This document shows, one piece after another, positions 47,598-59,395 of a stretch of DNA of 64,000 nt. A program made the position numbers and the translations under genes. Source of the stretch: Trichoplax adhaerens (Eukaryota; Animalia; Placozoa); the NCBI RefSeq assembly GCF_000150275.1, contig NW_002060958.1, positions 1,258,088 through 1,322,087 of the forward strand, written 5' to 3'. Position 1 is the first letter of the stretch. Each line of letters opens with the position of its first letter. The notes beneath the pieces are model-generated. The model ran no database searches and was not told the DNA's origin. It was given only the letters and a program-made list of their open reading frames with translations.

Positions 47598-50500
47598 TGA
47601 ACAAGATTAAATGTTAAAATTGGTTAACGGAATTTGGCATCTATCAATCTCTTTCTTAATTAGATTGTAATGATCTCAATTTAGTAAAGAAAGATATCAA
47701 AATTTGAGTACTTCAAAATAATCGATCAAAGTGATTTATACTTAACTACATCCGGTTTTTCTAGCTAAAAAGATAATAATTGACATAACGTATATGATCG
47801 CCATTGAATTCATTTTCATACGATATTAGAGTTTGAGATCAAAGTAGTTTGATTAGTGAAATCTACTCGCATTTACTACTGAATGGCACAAAAAGCTACT
47901 ATAGGCTTTACAATTATCACAGAAAGCATCAGACTATCAATCAAAGTTATGGAATGAACATTCAATTTTTAAAATTATTCCTTTTTGAAGAGTATAAGAA
48001 TTATGGATGGCAGTGATCTATATAGCAAATTAACTATAAATAATATTTTGTTACTGGCAGATAATTTAGTTCCAAATTAGAATGAGATACTAGTAAAATT
48101 ATGACCAATGATAATGAAAAAGTCAACTATTAACATGATTAATAAGATAAATTTCGAAACGAGAATAGCACAGAGTACGTTTCTTCTGTTAAAAACATTA
48201 GTTTTATCGTATTTATTAGAGCTAAATTTATCCATATTCTATAACATTAGTTTAGTTGGATATGGCATCAGCAATGAGAATTAAATTGGTGCCACTATTA
48301 TGAACGTAAGAGTGATTTAATCAGCTGCCTTTTTTTTTGAAGAAGGATACCATTATAATCATTAAAGGATCTTAGCTTAGAAGAGCAACCATATGGTATT
48401 CTTTCTTTATATTCAAATGAGTTTGCAATCAAGGAAGTGCATGGTATAATAGAAAGGCAGTATTAATGCCTCATTATTGATTTTATTATAAAAAAGAAAG
48501 TGAAAAATATCTAAATTATAACAACGCGTGCATTATAATCATTAGATATTTCGTCGCTCCTTTTCAAAGACATTATGCCTAAATTTAGGTAAAAGAGTCG
48601 TTTCAGCTTCAGTCCTGTATAGTATAGGCTTTCAGCTTGTTTTTTAAGAGTGTTCAAATTCTATTAAAGCAGCTTTTAGTAAAAATCAGAGGTAATTTAC
48701 AACTGCATAACTTGATCACACTTTTACATCAACTGACAGGCAACCCATATTGTAATGTATAGGCCACTTGAAAATTACAAATATCTGACAATAAAATTTA
48801 TTTTTCACATATTTATTCAGGATAAAATAAAAAAGTTTGATAAATATAATGTTCTTGTAATACTTTTCCATCAATATCTGTCATTGCAGTTGTTCATGTC
48901 TGCTCTTATAATTTTAAATAACAATATAGTTAAATATACAAATGAAATCAAAAGAATACTACTCTGTTTCTAATCGATTAATGGTAGCTTTAGTAGAAGT
49001 ACTACCAATCTATATATACTAACAATATCAACGCTCTAACCCTTGAGTTATTATTCAGAAATACATTGTCATCATGTTCATACATTACGAACAATGCTAA
49101 GTAATACATCGAAGGTGATCACCTGTCTTCTGTTTGTTATTATTCTTAATTGAAATCACTAATCAGCTTTCCAATTTTACGACTGGAATAAAATTATATT
49201 TCAATTCTCCTCACTTAATTATTGGCGCTCCAATCAAGGTCTGAGAATAAGGATCAGAGATCTTTGCAACGTGAAGATTCATAAAAAATTTGAGCATTGA
49301 TTACATGAGTAAATAATTTTAGCATAACAGATGACGTTAATGGTAATTTAATTACAAATATTTAGTTTTGCTAATCATTTAATTTATAAAAAAAGATATT
49401 AGATACGGCCTGTTATAAGTTAATTTTATCAGATTTAATTGAGTCTACCTTGGCTAACTACCATGAGACACTTTCCTTGCTATGACAATGTAATAGAACA
49501 ATAACTGCTCCTAGAATTATTTTTGTTTTATTTTCCATAATCAGGGCATTAATCGTATCTGAAATTAGCGTAATTTGCAATAAAACTTTTAAATTTGATT
49601 AAAATTAATTCATAGTTACGATCGTTAAGATTATTGAAAAGTTGTACATAATGGATATTCATGTATTCATAACTATAGTTTATACATTAAAGATGAAAGA
49701 AATATTAACCTACATTGGGTTAAGTTAAATTCTAAGTCTTTAGACTAAGCGTTAACCAGTACTATATTTCCCGTTTTAATTAAACTAACCTACCTACTGC
49801 CACCGAAATATCTGTATTTCTTTTAAAAGTAAATGCGTTAGGTAATAAAAATTTAAGTTAGATTATTATAATTGAAAAAGCCTAGCAGCTCTGCTTATAA
49901 AAGTTTAAAAAATTTAATTTCTTTGCTTCTATCTAAAGCAAACAAGTTTAAGTGGTAATAAATTAAAGTTGATCTTTAGATCATCTCTAAATTGACATTC
50001 CTGTAAATTTATATGCGTAGCTTAGGATAAATTGGAATCGAAAAGGAAACATTTATTTAACTTCGTAGCGTCGCTCAACATGATAGATGACAGCCTTAAT
50101 CTAAGGCTTTACAGTAAGTTTAATTAACTCCATCCGCAAAAATTGAGGTAAGATCGGAGAACAATGATGAAATTAATTTAAATAAATTAGTTGGAAGGTT
50201 TGCTGTTTAATCATTTACTGCATAATTAACTTTTTCTTCTAAAACAAAATAAGATTTTTACTTTAATTTATAACTATTGTAATGTAAGAATTTAGTTTAA
50301 CCATTCAGGATAGCTGTCGATAGCGGAGGTGCAGTTATATATCTCATTTTTATGTGCTTAGAAAAAGGCAATATAAAACCAAGCATATGCTTCGATATAT
50401 TTAAAGTTTATCTTAAACATAAGAATAAATTTCATCAAGGTTGAAAAAGGAGTTAGCACCAGTAACTAATAATTGATAACCGTAAGAGGTTTTTGGATGT

Positions 50501-53500
50501 AAGGATTTTCCTTATTATAGTAATCGTTTTCGCATTATAATGTTTAAGAGCAAGAAATAAAACTCATTTCTAGCTTCTATACAAAATCGTTGTACTATCA
50601 CGGCAATTATATATTGTGATTGTGCTGATAGTTTGCGATTATTCCCCAGGGCGGATAATTTGAACACGATAGTGAAAGAATGGGTTTAGTTAAATAAGAA
50701 ATGGTTGAAATTTTTCCTTGAAAGATTTCTATAATTAATTTACTCAATCTAACAATGAAGTGGAGAACAAATCGACGATAGCTATGCCTATTTAACCATG
50801 GATTTCAATCATAATAACTATCCGCTCCTGCTCTCATTATTGCCTCATTTTTCTCTGAGCTGTCGTACTCCATCATTCTTGGAATTGTATCATTCTGACG
50901 TCATTGCAATAAACAATATTCAAATAAACCATCTGGGTTAATTGTTCGATATAAACTAATCAGTTAAATGATATCAATTGTAGTTACTTGAAGGGAGTTA
51001 TTGACATTTATTTAAATCATCGATGGTCTAATCCTTGTTCGACAACATGGAAGTACATCATTAAACATTGTCATTGATAAAACGCATCTTCTTTAATTAC
51101 GAAATCAGCAATTGTAATGATTTAATTTACATTGATTTCTATTTTAGTTAGCCTATTTACTCTTAATTTTATCATCTTTGTGATCGTTTACGCTAATACT
51201 GCCAGTGCAATGACTAAATTACTATTATGATATAGTATCCTGTTTTATAATAAGGTTAAAAATTTTATTTTTATTGATAGCACTCTTCATATTATATAAG
51301 TCTGTATTTTCGACAATATATTAGCAGGAGATTCTAAAAAAATCATTTTGATTACTATGATTCCAGATTAGCATTATTTGCTATTAAAATTAATCCATCA
51401 TGGAATGAAAGAATGCAATTTGGAAACTATATTCATAATATTATTTTATCATGATTACATCACAGATATATTGTGTAATTTGGTTCAAGAGACTATTATC
51501 TGTCCATAACTAAATAAAAATGGATGTTTTCCGTTATCCTCTATTAGGTTGACGATAGTTGTATTCGATTTATATACGGTATTTGATTAATTTATTTTAC
51601 GGTCGGCAGATCACATCTAATGAATTACACTATTAGACAATTACCAGAGTGTACATTATAACATCCTATTAATCGATTAATTAATTGTTATCAACACAAA
51701 TTTATCTATTATTATGGAAATTAATAGTATTATTATCTTTTTATTATGATTACATAATTCAATAATGCCATAGCCGGAAGGTTAATGTGCAAGTGATTTG
51801 AATTGAATGACGTTAATGATGAAGTTGGGATTAAATTTTGCATCTAAAGTTTTAAATAGCAACGTACATCAATCGGATATGACGAAAATACTGATAAATT
51901 TTACTTTTATGATATTAATTCAGGAAATTGCCATCTCCTACTGTAAACTGTCTGTTTATTATAAATTATTTGTGTACAGTAATGGGTTGATTACCATTAA
52001 TTTTTTGGTCTTAAATTTACACATATGGTGATGATAAGCAAATTGGTAGTCTCATCTGATGAATTAAATAGCAGATTGAATTGATTGGCTATAAATATAC
52101 ATGCATGCATAACTAGTGGAAAATCACCGGTGATACTTTGCACTTTTAATAAATTCAGGAGCCTTCCTGTTTGCGAGATGCTACTTTAGATGTAATCACG
52201 TACAAGGATATTCTTTGAAATAAATGTATCAGGATTTCTATTTCTGTATTGGTAGTCATAGGGACAAATATTTAGTCTTTTGGGTATCAAATGTTATCAA
52301 TCCAGACATAAAGTTGTCTAGAATAGAATAACAGCTATTATTTAAAAGAGTTAGTTAAACGGATGTTATTACCAATAATCTTAATAAAGTTTAACGAAGC
52401 TATTTTTATTATTCTTTATTGTCACTTTGTAAAAGTTATTTTTTCATAATTACTAATGTAAGAAATATTACCTTACCTTTTGAACTATTAAAGTATCACC
52501 GAAATTATTTAATATTTATACAGCAGAATCTTTTCAAAAAATAGCATATTAATGGTGATGAAAACTAAGTAAACTTTTTACTATCTGATTTAATCCAAAT
52601 ACAATTTCTTATAAAAATTATTAGAGCTATTCTAATCGATTTCAGAGGTTTACTTATTTATTTCAGTATTTTGATCTTAGACCCACTGTTTACAAGTTGT
52701 ACTTTTTCAGCACGTAGAGAAGGACAACAGCAGTAGTACAAGTGAACACATCCCAGTGTCCTTGGTCGTGTTTTAATACGAATACTATAATAAAATAACC
52801 TAAATACGATTACGTCTGTTATTGCAATCACTACATTAACGATAGAAACAAATAAAGACGGAATTTATAGAAATATTAATAGGGAAATATGAAAAAATAA
52901 GCACTGTTTCAATCTCATAAAATGTAAGCCATGTAGTATCATAATTAACCAATATTCCCTTAATAGGGTACGAGTATGTTATGATTATTAAAATTAATAG
53001 GAACACATACGGTACGAAAATCATATCAGATATGTATGTTTTGTCGAATTCAAATTGCTGATACAAAGTGGAATAGTATAGCGAAGGTCATTATAAATTT
53101 ATATGCGATGCTTTTGCTTAAAAATTTCTACATCAAAAGCTGTGTTTCTCTAAAAATTAATGTTTTTATGGCTCAATGACATCAGAATTGAATAATAGAA
53201 TCACAGAACAAAGGCTTAATGTTAGTGACACTAGTATTTACAAATTAGATTTATATAAACAGTTATTAGTAAGAGAATTGATTCATTTATACAATTCTAG
53301 AATGGGTTACTTAACGTAAATTGTTGGTAAATTATGATAAGAAAAGGTAATACGTTTAGTAGTATAAGAATTCATTTAATAATGAATAAATTTCTACCAA
53401 AATTCATATTTTGTTATAATAGGAAGTAAATTAAGTAAAAATATATTTTGTGCAACTATAAATTGTATTTGTTACAAATAATCTGTCTTAAATTGAACTG

Positions 53501-54795
53501 CTAGTAACTAAAGAAAGTGAGAAACGTTAAGAAAAGCAAGTTGTGGATAAATAGCTAAGATTTATGGAAATATTTTAGTATTTTCCTTATGAATATCACG
53601 GCATTATCTATTTTATTTCATTTAAATTGTTTTCTTGCATACGTTAATGAGATATTGTCAACTATTTATAACCTAAATAGAGAAAAAATATTCGTGAGGA
53701 GAAGCATATTTCTAATATATTTGCTGCTGTAGCAGAATACGGGCATAGACTATTTACTTCTTCATTTATGAGCTTAAAATAGTAGTCTATAGCCGAAGAG
53801 TAGAATACTCAACCGTCTATTGATCAATCAATTTCATCCTATAATGCTGGTAGCACAGGTATTTAACATCATATCGAATATTAAAATGGTTACGATGCTT
53901 GATGAAAATTTTGATAGTTATTGATGGGCGTTACATTGCATTCAAATTAACGGATCTGTTATTCAAAACTTGATTTCAGCTCTCATTTCACCTAAGCTAT
54001 ACCTTTAAATCATCCCACAGGTTGTGGCAATGAGCTCATTTGTAAGAGAGAAGGATAAGACATTTATTTCTACTATTTTCAGTTTAATTAAGATGTAATG
54101 TACCCATATAGCTTGCTTTAAACTCCTGAAACTGTAATTTAGCACCTTTATTACTTAAAAATTAATTGGCATATTTCAAATTAAGAAATACGTACTGTAT
54201 TCATGATGTACTCGACCTACCAGACAATAACCATTATACTTTCATTTAAAGCTTTAAATTAGGGCTATCAATCTGCGCTAATATTTGTTAAGCTTGATTA
54301 AATTCAGTGTACCATATCCAATTATAAAATTAGTTCGTTATCGAAATTAAGATTTTATAATTACGCCATAGGTCATAGTTTTTCTGGACAATAGTTGTTT
54401 TGGTGATTGTAATAGCTGATTGAAATCGAGTTTTATTACTTGATAACATAAACTGGAGCAGCTGTAACACTTATATGGTAGCTATAGCTCCGGAAAATTA
54501 TTTTGTTAAGCATATATTTTGTATCATAGAAGTATAACCCTCGAGTTATAAATTATTTTTCTATAAAACAATTATAAACCTTTTGTAATTATCTTTGCAA
54601 AACTAATTTGGTATCATTTAGTGGAAGCAGGGATTGTAGACATACAATTCAGTTAAAAATTAAGTACAATTTCCGTAACATAAGCATGAAAAGTCGTCTT
54701 TAAGTCACGATCTTTACTTCTATGAAAATAATACTATATTTACTAGTACGGGCTTATATGCTAGATTGGTTTAACCTGTTATTTTCCTTACTATG

Positions 54796-55346
54796 TGTAA
54801 TGTAACTTAGTATTGTGATTGTAGACTGTTAGCCATGTGTAGTATAATTTACAGTAGATAATTATCCTAAGAGATATTTGGTAGCTGTAACTATAGACTG
54901 TAGTGGTAGAGACTCTATGCTAGAGTACAGATGACTATATACAGTAAGCTGTTGAGTCACTAATATGGCTATAGGTAAAAATAGAACTGTAAATCATATA
55001 TTAGGATATGGTTAATTCATTGTACTTTGGCTGGTGTGAATAATGTCTACGTAAGTACTGTAGTCGTATCCATATTGGATTAATGATGGTCCGCAGTAGA
55101 ATAGTCTTACTAAGAATAATTTAACTATGTGTAAAATAAGGTAAAGGTTGCCATGCGAATTGTAGCTGCGAATGCTACGGAAAGTATAAAAGCATGCAAC
55201 TTTAGATTATTCTGTTAGTTCGTTGTAGAAATCTTTAGTAGTAGTATTCGGCTAAAGTAGAGCTGTGTGTAGTTAATCTTTGTATAAGATTCAATAAAGC
55301 CCTTATTTTTCTAAAATTTAGAATTTCGTGATCGGTATATATCACA
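54796..55346 (+). mobile_element. Solo-LTR-like element, copy 2 (551 bp)
   Basis: Colinear with 28734-29282 with only scattered substitutions and small indels (about 95% by eye). Same TGTAAT…ATCACA ends; flanks unrelated. Confidence 0.8.
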
Positions 55347-55359
55347 GTTCTATTCTTAA

Positions 55360-56262
55360 ACTATTGTTACAAAGCGGCTTTTCAACAAGATAACTTAATG
55401 CACGATCAATCAGTCGATTCCCTGAACCACGTATCAGGGAAAAATATCTACTCTTTCCGGAATACTTTTCCTATACTAGTAGACTATAAAAAGACTTAGA
55501 CGCCTCGTATCTTACGTTAAACACTAATCATAAGAATTAACTTTATCATACGATTTAGCGCATTTATATACTCTTTTACAATAGCAAAGATATCCTAGTT
55601 GGTAATATTAACGTTGAAACCTGATAATGAATCAAAAGCTAATTTTTTCCTACTACTACCTAATGAAGACAACCATATTTGCGAACATAGCCATTGAATG
55701 ACTAATACAAAACTGTCAAATTAATATATGTCCTTGTCACAAACTCCCGTCTGACAAGATAACGTTGTGATCGAATCTACGATCTCGCAATAATTCGTAC
55801 GCCTTCGATTTCCGTTATACTTCTAACTTTAGGAACTAAGAACTAACTTTTATTAATTTGTCCAATCGTTTAAATAGATTTTATCTACAAGCTTTTACAC
55901 ACCTCTTAGAAACTACTAATCCAATTATAGATATAAATGACCTTTAGCACATCACAATTTAAATCGTACCGTCTACAATCTATATCTGGTTACGTAATCT
56001 CCTCGGCTTACAATATCATTGTAGCCGCAAAGCATGTACTATTTTGGTACGGTGAGTTAGCACCGTGGCAGTCCTATCACGGAACATTTCTACAATAATC
56101 TACAATCTTCCATAAGTAAATTACAATCACAGTGATTTCAATAGTAAGAAGATTATTCTCGATTCCTTAATTAAACTACTAATTTCAGCAGGCTGTATAT
56201 ATCACCATAAAAGCTAGTGCTATATTTAAATATCACATATCTTAATTAGAAACTCTTCATAT
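55360..56262 (-). repeat. Old dispersed repeat, copy 2 (longer; inverted relative to 26850-27410)
   Basis: The reverse complement aligns to copy 1 in two blocks separated by ~330 bp (55740-56070) that is absent from copy 1. Confidence 0.85.
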
Positions 56263-59143
56263 AAGGGTAAATCAACAAAATTATCCTAACATACTGCAGA
56301 TGTTTCTACTATAATCTCGATATCACAGTGTATAACACTGTAACAACTACTCTTCTTAGAATTTTCATTCTCAATGTAAAAGATATATGAGAAGTGGATT
56401 CTCTGATAATCTCTGCAAGTAGTTGATTAGTTAGTGAATTTTTCTTTACAAGACGATCAGTATAAGTTTCCGAAGCCACTACTCGTTATACACACATTCG
56501 CATGTATTGAAATAGATTTCTAAGCAACTAAATACTAACACTAATAGTCATCGATATGTTAACCACGACAGATATTGCTGGTATTGCAAAGTAAACTGGC
56601 ATGGTGTATATCGTTAGTAACATCAAAATGTAAAACTATTACAAAAAACTAAATACTGTGAGACTACAGTCAGGTTTGTCCTCCCTGATATCTATATACA
56701 GTACGACTCTAATACTGACAATCTCCATGATCAAGAGGAACAGCAGCTGCACTAGTTTTTCTTAGACAAAACTGACCTAAACTTTATAAAAATAGGTCAA
56801 TTTATAATAGATCTGCATAAATAATAGTTATCAGTACATAGATAATATTATGGAACTATGACATTATCTACGAAAGAACGTACAACGCCATAGGCAGCCG
56901 CATTCAATAAATGTCAAAGTATGTTACTTGGCAAAAGTAAGACAAGGATTAGTTAGTGAAAGTCACTTCGTGAGAAGCAGAAACTAATTTTTCAATATAA
57001 ATATTGCATAAACGTTGAGTATTTTGCTGAACCTAGATAATCCGATTGTTTTCTATTTCGGTTTAAAATTAGAATATTTCAACCAATATTTATTTCAATT
57101 TAAACATGGCAAAAATGCCTAATAATTTAGGAGAGCCAAAATTGTCCACTTATTGATCTTGGTCAAGAAGTTATTCTGTTCAGAAAATTTAAACAACTAT
57201 CAAAAGTTCGAATTTTTATGATATAGATGAATGCCACAGTTTAATTTTTGCATTAAATGTCGGTAATTGAAAAATATGTAAGATACTTAGCACGCTATGA
57301 TTTTTAGATTTTTATACCTTTTGACATGCTACCGTTAGCAACGGAAACAGCAAAAGTAGGCTATATTTGACTGCTAAGTGTCATTCATATACGTAGAAAG
57401 TCAATACATATATGTATTTATCAGCTAACTTGAACGAAATAATCTTCTTGCCAATGATCTAATGAATAGCTTACCGCTTAAATATTTTATTGCAAAAATG
57501 ATCACGTAAGATATTTTCGGTATTGAGAGGGGAAATAAAATCTATGAATGTTTTAATGGAATGACTTCATAATAAACAGTCGCGGTACCAGGTAAATGTT
57601 GCTGTTGCTCCAAAATGGTAGTAAAATCGTTAGATACACTGTTACTACCTTGCTTCTCCAGAAAATTCGATGCTTCTTGTAGTCTTCATTCTGTTATATT
57701 TGACATATATATCTAAGATATGTCATTTTATATTCTAGGTAATTTTTAATGATTATTGGTTGGTTTTAGTTACTCAAATATATCGTTTTCGGGCGCTAAG
57801 CATTTTAGCCAAAGTTAATTAGGAATGACACTGTACCTGTGATATTGAACTGCTAAAATCATAAAATATTGGTTGGCAATTAGACTCTGCATTTTATAGG
57901 GATAAATAGATAAGTTAAAATTTTAGTCATTATAACTTTAAATTACATAATTAATTACAACATTTCTTCTGACATTAAAACTGAACTATTTATAGTGTAT
58001 TAGTGAATTATATTTTGAAATTTAGCAAATAAAAATAAGGATTTTATAATTCTATCAGATCTAATTTTAGTCTTATAGGATTATGAAAATAAATGATTAG
58101 AATAATTTTCTTAGTAAGTCACGATTTAGTAAAGAACTTTCCATACTTACAGCTTTGAATAAATTACTTGGGATTGTATTTCCGCTAATAAATGTGCGTG
58201 CAAGTTTATCTAGTTCACGGCTTTACAAAATAAGGGATTAGTATTGCTTTCTGGACTGCTTAAGACTAGATGTAAGTTATCTATAACCATCATTCTAGAA
58301 TAAATTTTATTAAGATATTACGTTAGTTTATGCACTTGTGTAAACTAGCTTACTGTATTATACATTTAAACTTAACTACAGCTTTAGACAGGAGACTGTG
58401 TCTTCCAAAAGCATTTTAAAAGGATAGCCATACTATGTACATTTTAATATACCGTCCTAAACTACCTATCATCTGAAACACTAACTAGAATAATCTACTT
58501 GTGCCTAACAGTTGCAGTACAATAATTTGATCAATCATTTTTGTAGTTACTATTATCAGAAATATTGAACTTCACCCATAAATATTAACGACATCATCAG
58601 TACGCTACCTCATCAACATTAATACTGTAGATTTTTGTATTCTGCTGTTAGTTATATTTTTATATAATGTATTATTGTACCCTTAAATTGTGTATAATCA
58701 TATACCACTTCATTAAACGAGTCATAAGCTAATTCGTCGACAAGTTGTTTAACTAAATAAATGATTCTTAGAAATTAGTAGAAATTTCTGCTAATTAGAG
58801 TATAAGTTTCTCTTATTATGTAATTATTTACTTTTTAGACCGATACAATTAGGGGTAGGATTGGCTATATACAAGTATATACTTATTATTGTTTAATGGA
58901 AAATCAAACAGAAATTATACTCTGCGATTTTATTTACATTGCTACTATTTCAAATAAAATACACGCATTGATTGCAATTTTTAGAGACAGACTATTTTGT
59001 TCGAGAATTTCATTGATTTTCTGGAGTGTAGTACCTATCTTAAGGTAAGTAGGGTACGGTGCTGTTTGTTTGCATAAGAGTAGAATAGTTTAAGATCAGT
59101 GTTTATTCAATGTCTTGCTGGGATGGTTAATGTAATCCTGCAG

Positions 59144-59151
59144 TATAAAAG
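59144..59151 (+). promoter_or_regulatory. Candidate TATA box of the divergent homeobox gene
   Basis: gTATAAAAGcc about 250 bp upstream of the ATG at 59396, followed by a plausible leader intron 59230-59395 (ATG|gtaaga … ttctag|ATG). Confidence 0.55.
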
Positions 59152-59395
59152 CCTGCGTAATACAGATAAATTTTAGTGTATTCAATCAGATTTGGAAGAG
59201 TTATATTTTAATTGTCTTACATTTAGATGGTAAGATTACTATTACTTTAACAGAGTCTGTACCTTTTAATTTCTTTCAGCTATTCTACCTACGGTAATAG
59301 GCTAATTATTATTATGCGATAGTTACTACATTATATAGTATTTATCCCTCACAATTCGTTCTTATGTTATTTTCTGATCTCTGATCCAATTCTAG